This document shows, in pieces, positions 34,565 through 48,421 of a stretch of DNA of 64,000 nucleotides. Within the stretch, counting starts at the first letter, position 1. Each line of letters opens with the position of its first letter. The translations under genes and the position numbers were made by a program. The notes under the pieces are model-generated. The model had not been told where the DNA came from. It searched no databases and saw only the letters and a program-made list of their open reading frames with translations. Source of the DNA: Acidothermus sp. (GTDB lineage: Bacteria > Actinomycetota > Actinomycetes > Acidothermales > Acidothermaceae); NCBI GenBank assembly GCA_023512015.1, contig JAIMAI010000011.1, forward strand, positions 420 to 64,419. The letters are read 5' to 3'.

Positions 34565-35269
34565 TCACGGGCGGACGGCGCGGTGGATGCTCACCACGCC
34601 CCCACTGAGGTTCCGCCAGGCGACGGCCGACCACCCGGCGGCCTGGATGCGCTCGGCCAGCTCGCGCTGGTCCGGCCAGCCGCGGATCGACTCGGCGAGG
34701 TAGCGGTAGGAGCCCGGGTTGGAGCCGATCCGCGAGCCGATTGCGGGGATGAGGCGCAGGTACAGGTCGTAGCAGCGACGCAGCAGCGGAGACGGCGGCG
34801 TGCTGAACTCACAAATCACCAACCGTCCCCCACGCCGGGTGACCCGCAGGCATTCGCGAAGCGCTTGGTCGACGTCCGCGACGTTGCGCAGTCCGAAAGA
34901 GCAGGTGACGACGTCGAAGACGCCGTCGGCGAACGGCAGGGAAAGTCCGTCGCCAGCGACGAAGACCACGTGATCCCGGTAGCGCCTGCGGCCTTCCTGC
35001 AGCATCCCGAGGGAGAAATCGCAGGCGACACAGAAAGCCCCCCGGCGCGCGAAGGTGATGGACGACGTCCCGGTGCCGGCCGCCAGGTCGAGAACGCGTT
35101 CACCCGGCAACGCGTCGACCGCTCGGGCCACGGCACGCCGCCAGAGGCGATCCTGGCCGACGGACAGGACATCGTTGACGAGGTCGTAGCGGCGGGCGAC
35201 GCTGTCGAACATCGCCGCGACTGCGGATGGCTGCTTGCTCAAGTCGGCTCGGACGGGTGGGACGGCCAC
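34565..35269 (-). CDS. menG: Demethylmenaquinone methyltransferase
   Basis: [38 protein letters not shown]; start GTG 35269. Confidence 0.93.
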   Translation of the reverse strand: MAVPPVRADLSKQPSAVAAMFDSVARRYDLVNDVLSVGQDRLWRRAVARAVDALPGERVLDLAAGTGTSSITFARRGAFCVACDFSLGMLQEGRRRYRDHVVFVAGDGLSLPFADGVFDVVTCSFGLRNVADVDQALRECLRVTRRGGRLVICEFSTPPSPLLRRCYDLYLRLIPAIGSRIGSNPGSYRYLAESIRGWPDQRELAERIQAAGWSAVAWRNLSGGVVSIHRAVRP

Positions 35270-36267
35270 GGCGTCGATTCTCCGATCGCGAGAAGACGGG
35301 ATTTCAGGCCATCGTCGCACAGGGCGCCACGCACCCCGGCTTCGTAGAGTCCGCGAGGATCTGCGCCGAGCGTCACGGCGAGCTCGTATTCGCGAGCGAG
35401 ATCGGTGTCGAAAATCGCCGGATCGTCGGTTCCGACGGTGCAAGGAATACCGGCTCGCAACAGCTTCGGGAGCGGGTGCTCGGCGAGGCTCGCGATCGCG
35501 CGAGTACGGAGGTTGGACGTCGGGCACACGTCGAGGACGATCCCCCGATCTCGCATCAGGTCGAGGAGCGCCGGGTCGTCGGCCGCCGCGATGCCGTGCC
35601 GCACCCGCACGGGTTGGAGAGCGACCAGGGTCTCGCGCAGTGAGTCCGCTCCCGACGAGCCGTCGGGAAATCGCGGGAATTCTCCGGCGTGGGGGACGAC
35701 CCCGAGACCCAATTCCCGGGCGGCAGCGAACGCCGCCGCGTAGCGGGCGGCGGGGCACGCGCGTTCGTCACCCCCGAGCCCGACGCCGACCACCCCGCGA
35801 TCCCGATAACGTCCGGCGTACCGCACCATCTCCCCCACCAGCTGCGGGTCCACGCCGCGGTAGGCCTCGGGAGTAAGGCGGACGACGATCCCGTACCGCT
35901 CGGAGGCCGCAGCCACTCCGTCGCAGTACCCCTCGAAGACCTCCTCCCACGACAGGCCGCGCATCACGCGTTCGACGGGGGAAAAACAGGCTTCGATGTA
36001 GACGGCACCGAAGCTCGCGACGCGCGCCGCGTATTCCTCCACGACTTGGGTGAAGTCGCCGGCGCGGCGCATCACGTTGGTGGTGAGGATCCAGACGCGC
36101 ACGAAGTCGCGGAAATCACGGAAGTCGTACAGCGCCTGCATTTCCGTCGCGGTGTCGAAGGGAAGCCTCACCGCGTTGCGTTTCGCCATCTCCAGGAGTG
36201 TCGTAGCGCCGACCGTTCCTTCGAGGTGGACGTGAAGTTCGATTTTGGGGAACGAAGCGGCGGACAT
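35239..36267 (-). CDS. Adenosine-deaminase family, likely aminodeoxyfutalosine deaminase
   Basis: [24 protein letters not shown] motifs; sits between mqnC and menG. Confidence 0.85.
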   Translation of the reverse strand: MSAASFPKIELHVHLEGTVGATTLLEMAKRNAVRLPFDTATEMQALYDFRDFRDFVRVWILTTNVMRRAGDFTQVVEEYAARVASFGAVYIEACFSPVERVMRGLSWEEVFEGYCDGVAAASERYGIVVRLTPEAYRGVDPQLVGEMVRYAGRYRDRGVVGVGLGGDERACPAARYAAAFAAARELGLGVVPHAGEFPRFPDGSSGADSLRETLVALQPVRVRHGIAAADDPALLDLMRDRGIVLDVCPTSNLRTRAIASLAEHPLPKLLRAGIPCTVGTDDPAIFDTDLAREYELAVTLGADPRGLYEAGVRGALCDDGLKSRLLAIGESTPWPSHPSEPT

Positions 36268-36285
36268 CCGGATACGTCGGTGGGA

Positions 36286-37521
36286 TCAGGCCGCCGAGCC
36301 GCTGGGTACGTTCTCGGGACGCAACGCGGTCGAGGAGAGATGGGAGCGCAGGCGGGGGTCGAAGGGCGGGTCGTCGTCCGGCGTCCAATGCACCCGGAGG
36401 TGGCGGTAGAGGGTGTCACGTTGTGCGGGAATTCGGCCCGCGGCGCGAATCAGGTGAATCATCTCCGCGAGATTCCACCGGTGGCGCGCGCCGGCGGAGG
36501 AGACGACGTTCTCCTCCAGCATCACCGAGCCGAGGTCGTCGGCGCCGAAGTGCAGTCCAAGTTGACCGACCTCCTTGCCGAGGGTGAGCTGCGATACCTG
36601 GAGATGGTCGATGTTGTCGAGAAAGATGCGGGCGACCGCAAGGAGTCGCAGGTATTCGATCGCGCTCGCGAGCGTGCGACCGCGGAGATGGTTGTTCTCG
36701 GGTTGATACGTCCAAGGAATAAAGGCACGAAAACCGCCGGTCCGATCCTGCACGTCGCGGATGAGGCGGAGGTGCTCGATACGCTCGGCGTTCGTCTCGC
36801 CGGTACCCATCATGAAGGTTGCGGTGGACTCCACACCGAGCCGGTGAGCGGTCTCCATCACTTCGAGCCACGTCGAGCCGGTTTCTTTGAGCGGAGCGAT
36901 GAGGCGGCGTGGTCGCTCGACCAGGATCTCGGCTCCCGCGCCGGCAAAGGAATCCAGCCCGGCCGCGTGGAGCCGACGGATGACCTCCTCGAAGGTGAGG
37001 CCCGAGGTCCGCGCGATGTGGACCACCTCCGAGCCACCGAGCGAGTGGAGCGCGAGTTGCGGGAATTCGCGTTTGATGGCCGCGAAGACTTGCTCGTACC
37101 ACTCGATTCCCAGCTCTGGGTTGTGCCCGCCCTGCAGCATGATTTGCGTCGCCCCGAGCTCGACGGCCTCCCGGCAGCGACGCAGGATTTCGTCGAGCGA
37201 ATGGGTCCAGGCTTCGGCGTGTTTCGGAGGGCGGTAGAAGGCGCAGAAACGGCACGCCGTCACGCAGACGTTGGTGTAATTGATGTTCCGATCGATGAGG
37301 TAGGTCGCGATCTGGGCGGTTTCCCCGAAACGCCGCCGCCGCAGGGTATCGGCGACGCGACCGAGGGCGTGGAAAGGTGCCCTGGTGTACAGCGCAAGGG
37401 CCTCGGTGGCGTCGATCCGCTCGCCCTGCTCGGCCTTGTCGAGCACGGCGGCCACGTCGAGTGCCGCGGCACGGGCGACGTCCGCGGGATGGCTGCCGCT
37501 GTTCGGGAGATCGGTGGCCAC
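36286..37521 (-). CDS. mqnC: Cyclic dehypoxanthine futalosine synthase (radical SAM)
   Basis: DRNINYTNVCVTACRFCAFYR, GSVMLEENVVSSAG. Confidence 0.94.
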   Translation of the reverse strand: MATDLPNSGSHPADVARAAALDVAAVLDKAEQGERIDATEALALYTRAPFHALGRVADTLRRRRFGETAQIATYLIDRNINYTNVCVTACRFCAFYRPPKHAEAWTHSLDEILRRCREAVELGATQIMLQGGHNPELGIEWYEQVFAAIKREFPQLALHSLGGSEVVHIARTSGLTFEEVIRRLHAAGLDSFAGAGAEILVERPRRLIAPLKETGSTWLEVMETAHRLGVESTATFMMGTGETNAERIEHLRLIRDVQDRTGGFRAFIPWTYQPENNHLRGRTLASAIEYLRLLAVARIFLDNIDHLQVSQLTLGKEVGQLGLHFGADDLGSVMLEENVVSSAGARHRWNLAEMIHLIRAAGRIPAQRDTLYRHLRVHWTPDDDPPFDPRLRSHLSSTALRPENVPSGSAA

Positions 37522-37530
37522 CCGACCAGA

Positions 37531-37992
37531 CTAGCCAGCGCTTCCAGGCTCTTCGACCGGGGCCGAGGGAGAAGAAGGGCAGAGCTCGCGCAGAGCGGCG
37601 ATCAGAGCCTCGTTGAGGGTTCCCTTCTCGATGATGGCGTCTGCGCCCGGTGGGAGCGAGCGACGCTCGCCGGAGAGCACCGCGATCTTCGTACGTGGCG
37701 CGATGGCCCGGATTCGCTGAATCGCTTCGAGTCCCGACATGACGGGCATCGTGACGTCGATCACAACGAGGTCGGGGAGCTCTCGCTCCACGATTTCTAC
37801 CGCTTCGGCGCCGTCTCGCGCTACCCCCACCACGTCGAAATCGGGCTCCAGGGAGAGCAGGGTCTGGAGGAGTGCCCGCATTCCCGCCGCATCGTCAGCG
37901 ATCACTACTCGGCACGGCGCCACGGCGGAGTCTCCGACGGCACCCTCCAGCGGAGCGTCGTCCAGTCGTTCGAAGGACGTGATGGGCAACAC
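37531..37992 (-). CDS. Stand-alone response-regulator receiver protein
   Basis: VVIADD...PDLVVIDVTMPVMSG...K; no output domain; GTG 37992 follows a GATTAT -10. Confidence 0.85.
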   Translation of the reverse strand: MLPITSFERLDDAPLEGAVGDSAVAPCRVVIADDAAGMRALLQTLLSLEPDFDVVGVARDGAEAVEIVERELPDLVVIDVTMPVMSGLEAIQRIRAIAPRTKIAVLSGERRSLPPGADAIIEKGTLNEALIAALRELCPSSPSAPVEEPGSAG

Positions 37993-38088
37993 TGCTCGAT
38001 AATCGCAGCTTTCGTCGCCGTCCTGAGGCGAAATCGACAAGCTGATCCCAACGGGTGATGTGGGAGCGTTTCCCCCACGCTGCAGGGA

Positions 38089-38964
<876 letters not shown>

Positions 38965-39034
38965 TCACCCTAAGCCCGCGTCGATTCATCTGCTCGCCGG
39001 CCCCGGACGACGGTGCTGGCACTGCACAGAATGG

Positions 39035-39814
39035 TCAGGTCAGCGTCTCGGCGCGGATCACTTCATTGGTGAGCACGCTAAGAATTTCACCTTGATCGAC
39101 GTTCTGTCCCGTTCGACGCCGGAGCTCTTTGCGGAGCGCTTCCAACACTGCATCGCTCACTAGTGCGCGAGCCACGGTCTTAGGAGCGGTCGCCGCCTTC
39201 GCCCGCCACAGTTCATCGATTTGACGTCGCTTCATGCTTTCGCGTGACAAATAGAAAAGGGAGCCCGCTTTCGTCGATGTGCTCTGGTCACTCATGAGAT
39301 CTACTTCGAGGGCCAGATCCAACGCGACCGGAAGGCCGCCAGTGAGATGCCAGACCTGCCATACGGCCCCATTCGTCAGGATGATCCACTCGACGCCCTC
39401 GTTGACCGCGTACATCTGGACTTGGCGTAGATGTTTGACGCCAAGCTTCGTGGTACACCGCTTGACCTCGATGAAGGCAACCAACTGCTTGTCGATCCGA
39501 ACTCCGTAATCGGCAAACTCCCCTTTGACTTGGTACTCGGTCGTCAAATTCTCGTACTTGTCGTATCCCAAAGCCTCGCACAGGAAGTCGGTAACCAGCA
39601 GCCGCGTATCGCCTTCGTTCGCGTCACGAGCGAGAAGCTCAGTAAGAGGGTGATGGAACTTCTTGATGGCGGCTTTGATGCGCTCCCTGGTCTCCGTTTC
39701 CCATTTCGGAGCGGACCGAGCCCTAGATGCCCGCGGCGTGCCGGCAGACGTTGGTGACGCTTCATGACCCCTGGTCTCGACCTGCGACTCGACGGTGCCA
39801 GTCTCCACGGTCAT
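39035..39814 (-). CDS. Stand-alone HsdR N-terminal-like PD-(D/E)xK nuclease
   Basis: NEGDTR...ADY...IEVKR...QVQMY...WIILTNG motifs; lower GC than flanks; RBS AAGGGAGG. Confidence 0.8.
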   Translation of the reverse strand: MTVETGTVESQVETRGHEASPTSAGTPRASRARSAPKWETETRERIKAAIKKFHHPLTELLARDANEGDTRLLVTDFLCEALGYDKYENLTTEYQVKGEFADYGVRIDKQLVAFIEVKRCTTKLGVKHLRQVQMYAVNEGVEWIILTNGAVWQVWHLTGGLPVALDLALEVDLMSDQSTSTKAGSLFYLSRESMKRRQIDELWRAKAATAPKTVARALVSDAVLEALRKELRRRTGQNVDQGEILSVLTNEVIRAETLT

Positions 39815-39909
39815 CGGTATCCCTCCCTTGGTAACATGATCATCCATATTCTGACACCTGGAGGGACCCGGCCGCGCCTAATCGGCGCGCATGGCTGGAA
39901 TCTCGCCGT

Positions 39910-40251
39910 TCACGACCCCGACTGGTTCCCAAAGTGCTCGTCCTCGGAGCGCCGTGGTGCTCCGTCGGGGGAGGGTGCGTACGAACGGAGGACGTCGTCG
40001 CAGGCGGCCTCGTCGAACCGAGAGGCCGCGCGGTCTCGAGAAAACAGTCGGGTTCGGCGCAACGCGTCGGCCATCTCCTGACGTTGCCGACGGAGCAAGA
40101 CGAAGCTCGCCAAACCTGAGATCAGCAGCGCGAGGAGCACCAGCAGCACGCCGCGCACGCGCACCAACCAGACCAGACCGGCCGCAAGGACGAAGAGGGC
40201 GACGCGGGCGGCGGTGTAACGGAGAATCGCACGAAGCGGCGACGATGGCAC
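39910..40251 (-). CDS. DUF4229-like small membrane protein
   Basis: RYTAARVALF...LALLISGLASFVLLRRQR, two TM helices; typical downstream of mqnE. Confidence 0.75.
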   Translation of the reverse strand: MPSSPLRAILRYTAARVALFVLAAGLVWLVRVRGVLLVLLALLISGLASFVLLRRQRQEMADALRRTRLFSRDRAASRFDEAACDDVLRSYAPSPDGAPRRSEDEHFGNQSGS

Positions 40252-40288
40252 GGCCGCAGCGTCGGCAACGACACCGGGCCGCTCGTCG

Positions 40289-41443
40289 TCAGCCGGCGAG
40301 CGACATGGGTTGGGGGACGTCACGGCGATGCGGATCCGGTCCGGGATAGATGCGCAGCACGTTGTAGCGGGTGTCCCGTTCCACAGGTACGAAACCTGCG
40401 TCGCGGATCAATTCGATCAGGTCGTCGCGATGCAGCACATTCGGCGTCCCGAAATGGTCGGCGTCATGTGTGATTTTGTATTCGACGACCGAGCCGTCGA
40501 GGTCGTCGGCGCCGTAGGACAACGCCAGTTGTGATGTCGTGAGCCCGTGCATCACCCAGAACGCTTTCACGTGCGGCACGTTGTCGAACAACAGTCGGGA
40601 AACCGCGAAGGTCTTGAGCGCCTCGGCACCTGTGGCCATCGGCCGAGTCGCCAGCCGATTTCGCGGATCTCCCGTGGGGTCGTGCTGGTAGCGGAGTGGG
40701 ATGAAGACGATGAATCCTCCGGTCTCGTCCTGCAATTCCCGCAGCCGGAGCACGTGATCGACGCGATGCCGGGGCTCTTCGATGTGCCCGTACAACATCG
40801 TGCACGGGGTGCGGAGGCCCTTGGCGTGAGCGATGCGATGGATGCGAGACCAGTCTTCCCAATGGGTATCGTGGTCGACGATCTGGCTGCGGACTTCCCA
40901 GGCGAAGATTTCGGCGCCGCCCCCGGTCAGTGATTCCAGACCGGCGTCGATGAGCTCGTCCAGGATTTCCTCGGCCGAAAGGCCGGAAATCTTCTCGAAC
41001 CAGTGAATCTCAGTGGCGGTGAAAGCTTTCAGGGCTACGTGCGGCAACGCTTTCTTCAGCTCACGCAGCACTCGAGGGTAGTAGCGCCACGGCAGGGTCG
41101 GGTGCAGGCCGTTGACGATGTGCAGCTCCGTGATGCCCTCGGGCTCCATCTGCCGGGCCAGCTCAACCGCTTGCTCCACCCGCATGGTGTAGGCATCCGC
41201 CTCACCGGGTTTGCGCTGGAAACTGCAGTACGCGCACGACGCCGCGCAGACGTTCGTGAGATTGAGATGTCGATTGACGTTGAAGTACACGTGATCGCCG
41301 TTCCACCGCGTCCGGACCCGGTGGGCCAGCTCGCCGAGCCAGGCGAGGTCGTCACACTCGTACAGCGCGACCCCGTCGGCGAAATCGAGCCGTTCGCCGG
41401 CGTCGACCTTCTCCTCGATCTCCCGCTTCAGGACGGCGTCCAT
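40289..41443 (-). CDS. mqnE: Aminofutalosine synthase (radical SAM)
   Basis: FNVNRHLNLTNVCAASCAYCSF, TMLYGHIE, GSVVEYKITH. Confidence 0.94.
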   Translation of the reverse strand: MDAVLKREIEEKVDAGERLDFADGVALYECDDLAWLGELAHRVRTRWNGDHVYFNVNRHLNLTNVCAASCAYCSFQRKPGEADAYTMRVEQAVELARQMEPEGITELHIVNGLHPTLPWRYYPRVLRELKKALPHVALKAFTATEIHWFEKISGLSAEEILDELIDAGLESLTGGGAEIFAWEVRSQIVDHDTHWEDWSRIHRIAHAKGLRTPCTMLYGHIEEPRHRVDHVLRLRELQDETGGFIVFIPLRYQHDPTGDPRNRLATRPMATGAEALKTFAVSRLLFDNVPHVKAFWVMHGLTTSQLALSYGADDLDGSVVEYKITHDADHFGTPNVLHRDDLIELIRDAGFVPVERDTRYNVLRIYPGPDPHRRDVPQPMSLAG

Positions 41444-41996
41444 GATCCCTCCAGCTCCGGGCCATCGGCGCGGTAGCGGCGACGGCTCGTTCCCAGCATG
41501 CCCGACCCGCGGTTGCCGATCATCGGCCACTCCCGAGTGGCGCCCGGACCGCGGCCCCGAGGCGTCGCGCTCCGAACGCCGCCTCGACGTCCCGCCGATA
41601 CTTCTCGCTAGATCGAAAATTACTACCGAGGGTCACACTCACATGACCAAAAGTGGGCACGTTCCCCCGAAATCCGATTCCTTGTCACGATGCGTAGCCG
41701 CGGCGTGACGACTGCCCGGATTTTTTTCGCCACGGCTCGACATTCCGGCAACAAAGCAAGACGAGAACGGACACCGCCGTGTACACATCTCATGGGGGAC
41801 CGCAGGAACGACAAGCACCACCAGAACGGACTCGAAACACACCATGTCGAAACAGGAGACAGGCCCCGCGCAGCCTGAAGAGTCGCAACCCGACCCAACC
41901 AGTTCGTCACGGAATGTGTCGGCACAATCACGAGGAAACGAGCCGGGTGCCGGTGCCCCACCTCAGGGGCGCGGCGCTCCGTGGAGAGGGGACCCG

Positions 41997-42221
41997 ATGG
42001 AAGCAACGCGAGACCGTCTACTCACTCCGGGTGAGGTAGCCAACCTCTTCCGAGTGGATCCGAAGACGGTGACGAGATGGGCGGCGTCCGGACGTATCGG
42101 CAGCATCCGCACGCCGGGAGGGCATCGCCGTTTTCGGGAGTCCGAGGTGCGGGCCCTGCTGCGCGGCGACAACGATCTGGACGGCTTCGGACCGGTCATC
42201 TTCGACACCTCGGGTCGTTGA
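41997..42221 (+). CDS. bldC: BldC-family MerR-like DNA-binding protein
   Basis: LLTPGEVANLFRVDPKTVTRWA...SIRTPGGHRRFRESEVRALL; RBS GGAGAGG. Confidence 0.88.
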   Translation: MEATRDRLLTPGEVANLFRVDPKTVTRWAASGRIGSIRTPGGHRRFRESEVRALLRGDNDLDGFGPVIFDTSGR

Positions 42222-42227
42222 CCGACG

Positions 42228-42884
42228 TCAGGTGCCGAGACGGCCGGTCCACCGAGTCAACAGGTCGTGTTCGACCCCGAGAACGTCCAACACCTTGCCT
42301 GCCACGAAGTCCACGAGTTGCTGGATGTTCTTGGGTTTGCCGTAGAAGGCCGGTGCCGCCGGGAGGACGACCGCTCCCGCTTCGTCGAGTCGGACCAGGT
42401 GACGAAGGGTCGTGCCGGTCAGCGGAGTCTCCCGGGGAACGACCACCAGCCGTCGACGCTCCTTCAGCGTGACGTCTGCGGCCCGTTGCAGCAGGTCCTT
42501 GGAAAGGCCGAGGGCGATTCCCGCCACGGAGGCAGTGCTCGCCGGGATGACGACCATCCCGCGGGTCAGATACGACCCGCTGGAAGGAGCGGCGGCGAGA
42601 TCGGTTGCGGCCCAGATTCGTACGTCGAGGGTGGCGGGGAGCTCGGGCGCAGGCGCACCCGGATCCGTCGGTTCCCGCAGCCACGTCCGCAGCACCTCCA
42701 GGTCGTCGTGCCAGGTCAGACCGACTTCGTCGCGCAGCGTGAGGCGGGCCGCACGCGACACGATCAGATCGACGGGTTCACCGGCGCACAGCAACCCGCG
42801 CAACACGGCGGCCGCGTACGGCGTCCCGCTCGCGCCGGTCACGCCGACGATCCACGGACGCCGCCGCGCAGCCTCCTCGGTCAC
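42228..42884 (-). CDS. ubiX: UbiX-family flavin prenyltransferase
   Basis: GVTGASG, SSGS, RAADVTLKERR, RETP. Confidence 0.93.
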   Translation of the reverse strand: MTEEAARRRPWIVGVTGASGTPYAAAVLRGLLCAGEPVDLIVSRAARLTLRDEVGLTWHDDLEVLRTWLREPTDPGAPAPELPATLDVRIWAATDLAAAPSSGSYLTRGMVVIPASTASVAGIALGLSKDLLQRAADVTLKERRRLVVVPRETPLTGTTLRHLVRLDEAGAVVLPAAPAFYGKPKNIQQLVDFVAGKVLDVLGVEHDLLTRWTGRLGT

Positions 42885-43794
42885 GGCCGCAGACCTCCCA
42901 CAAGAAGATCAGCAAGCCCGAAGGCGAACAACCCCACCCCGATATAGCCGTTGACCGTGAAAAAGGCCCGATTCACCTTCGACAAATCCGTCGGCGTGAC
43001 CAGATGGTGCTCGTACGCGAGGGCGCCCGCCGCCGCGAGCACGCCGACCAGCCACAACCACCCGAGCCCCGCAGCCGAGCCGAACCAGAGCAGCAGCCCG
43101 ACTGTCGCGAAATGTGCCACTCGTGACCACGCGAGCGCCACGTACGGCCCGAACCGCGCGGGCAGTGATTTCACTCCCACCGTGCGGTCGAATTCGTAGT
43201 CCTGCAAAGCGTAGATGATGTCGAATCCCCCGATCCAACAACCGACCGCCAGGCCGAGAAGCACCGCCGTCCACGACCAACGCCCCGTGACGGCGATCCA
43301 CGCACCGATCGGACCGATGCTCTGCGCCAAGCCCAGGACGGCGTGCGGCGCCCAGGTGAGCCGCTTCGCGTAGGGATAACCGGCGGGTATCGCGGCGGCG
43401 ACCGGCGAGAGCATGAGGCACAAGGGGTTCAGCGCCGCGGCGGCACCGACGAGAACGGCGAGCGCCGCCAATGCTCCGAGCAGCGCGAATCGGACCGACA
43501 AGACGCCGGTGACCAATTCCCGGTGACGAGTGCGGGGATTGCGGGCATCGATGGCCCGGTCGACGATCCGATTCACCGCCATGGCAAAAGTGCGGGCTGC
43601 CACCATCGCCACCGTGATGAGCAGCAACTGCCGCCAATGGATGTGACGATCCACCTGCCACATCGCGGTGAGCCCGGCGATGTAGGCGAACGGCAGTGCG
43701 AAAACCGAATGCTCGAACTGCACCAGCGAGAGAAACGACCGCAGCTTGCTCCGCGGGACGGCGTGGGTGCGGGGGGTATCGACGGCGGGCCCGC

Positions 43795-43798
<4 letters not shown>
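42881..43798 (-). CDS. ubiA: UbiA-family polyprenyltransferase (MqnP-like)
   Basis: EHSVFALPF, NRIVDRAIDARNPRT, FDIIYALQD, AFFTVNG. Confidence 0.92.
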
Positions 43799-45638
<1,840 letters not shown>

Positions 45639-45689
45639 CTATTGCTCCTCGGCTTCGCGTGACGACTCCGCACGAGAATAGGCGATCGA

Positions 45690-47030
<1,341 letters not shown>

Positions 47031-47053
47031 GGGCGGTAGCCTCGCCGACGACT

Positions 47054-47090
47054 GTTACGACAACATTTCGGGAGGCCGCTATTGCGTTAA
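47054..47090 (-). promoter_or_regulatory. GlnR-box-like site upstream of amtB
   Basis: Minus strand TTAAC...GAAAT-N6-GTAAC resembles the actinobacterial GlnR a/b sites. Confidence 0.55.
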
Positions 47091-47139
47091 ATCTGCATGA
47101 GCGAGGAGCGGTCTTCGTCAAAAGACATTGATCACGTCT

Positions 47140-47295
47140 CTCGAGCTACGGCCCGCGAGCCTTCGGGCCTTCTCGACGGCAGCGAGATCGTCAGGTACGT
47201 CGTTTCGCGGGTGGTCTTGTCCTTGATCGTGCACTCCTGGTGATGTGGACGACCTGCAGTACATGAGGAAAACCTGCATCTGGGACAGGGTCGCA
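47140..47295 (-). pseudogene. Degenerate ISAs1-family transposase fragment
   Basis: Frameshifted reading GFPHVLQVVHITR/ECTIKDKTTRETTYLTISLP resembles the ISAs1 segment FPHxxQVxxIxR...KTTxETVYxITSL (from recall). Confidence 0.5.
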
Positions 47296-47329
47296 AGCTG
47301 GGCAGGCCAGTAAGCGCCTCTGGTTCGCC

Positions 47330-47358
47330 TTGACGACAGTTAGGTATTAGGCTAGCGT
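47330..47358 (+). promoter_or_regulatory. Sigma70-type promoter of the islet operon
   Basis: TTGACG-N17-TAGCGT in an AT-rich tract. Confidence 0.65.
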
Positions 47359-47382
47359 ATTGATCTTGAATCTAAACCTACA

Positions 47383-48414
47383 ATGAAACCTAAAGACGGG
47401 GGCATAAGAGAAGTGACTCGATCATCACCACCAAACCGGCGACAGCACATTAGGCTCGCTACGGGACTGAGCCTCGTAGCTGCTCCGCTCGGATTTCTCG
47501 GGGTGGCGCAGCCCGCGTTCGCCGCCGCGCCACCCAATTCCGTCAGCTACTACGTGACGGGCTACAGCACATCCTGGGCGTACAACGCTGGTTGTAGCCT
47601 CGGCCAACTCGACCTGGGTCGGCCGGGCACCCAGCGCAGCGTCGCCGTGCTCGACTTTGGCGCCATGTGGTACTCGTCATCGAGCGGCTGGATGGTGACC
47701 GCCTTCAGTGGCCCCGACATGACGCTCGCGTCAGCGAGAGCAATGGTCCAGGAGTTCGGCCACGGCTACTGGGTGTGCACGGGGTCGGACCTCACGTCGA
47801 CGGTCTACGTCGGACTGGGCACGAACAACTCCGCCGGGACTGTCAATTCAGACGCGGGCGTCGCGCTCGCCAGAGAGGCACGAATAGCGTGGGACACCAT
47901 GGACGGCAATTGGCCCCAGTCGCACGGCATCGGCGCCAACGACTTCGAGTCCTGGGGAAAGGACTCAAGCCTCTCGACGGCATCGAAGAACTGGATCGAC
48001 GGCTACAACAGCTACTCGAACAAAGTGTTCTTCGTAAACTACGGGTCGGCGGACGGTTGCCCCACCTCGTCCATTCCGTCAGCAACGAGCTGTAATCCCG
48101 GCCTGCCAGCGGAGACGATCTGGTACGTGTCATGGTCTGGAGTCGCGTGGCCGTTGCCCGAGATCTACACGACGTCAGGAAGTCAGGCCAAGCAATGGAA
48201 ATATTTGTCGCTGTACTCCTATACCTACCACGGCGGAAAGCTCAACTTTAGCCAAGGATTGATGACACAGTATGGCGCATGTCAACAGGTCGGCGGTTGT
48301 AGCGGCACCAACAACAGCCCGTCGGCAGGATGGGACCAGCTGAACGCGCAGCTGGATTCCGACTCCCGGACAACGCAAGACCCCGGCCCACCCTCAGACA
48401 TCAGATGGAAGTGA
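47383..48414 (+). CDS. Secreted hypothetical protein, possible GH25/DUF1906-like TIM-barrel hydrolase
   Basis: Signal peptide ending AQPAFA; LDFG, GTNN, ANDFE (DxE), PEIY motifs; 6 Cys. Start may be GTG 47413. Confidence 0.75.
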   Translation: MKPKDGGIREVTRSSPPNRRQHIRLATGLSLVAAPLGFLGVAQPAFAAAPPNSVSYYVTGYSTSWAYNAGCSLGQLDLGRPGTQRSVAVLDFGAMWYSSSSGWMVTAFSGPDMTLASARAMVQEFGHGYWVCTGSDLTSTVYVGLGTNNSAGTVNSDAGVALAREARIAWDTMDGNWPQSHGIGANDFESWGKDSSLSTASKNWIDGYNSYSNKVFFVNYGSADGCPTSSIPSATSCNPGLPAETIWYVSWSGVAWPLPEIYTTSGSQAKQWKYLSLYSYTYHGGKLNFSQGLMTQYGACQQVGGCSGTNNSPSAGWDQLNAQLDSDSRTTQDPGPPSDIRWK

Positions 48415-48421
48415 GGACGTT

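Noticed and set aside
35689-38058. 789-aa + strand ORF
   Set aside because: Antisense shadow of the deaminase, mqnC and receiver genes; a high-GC artefact with no motifs.
38061-38074. TGGGAGCGTTTCCC resembling the CelR operator TGGGAGCGCTCCCA
   Set aside because: Three mismatches break the palindrome and no cellulase gene is adjacent.
47118-47279. 53-aa minus-strand ORF MQVFLMYCRSST... resembling a serine recombinase start
   Set aside because: The similarity is only a few residues; the ISAs1-relic reading explains the segment better.
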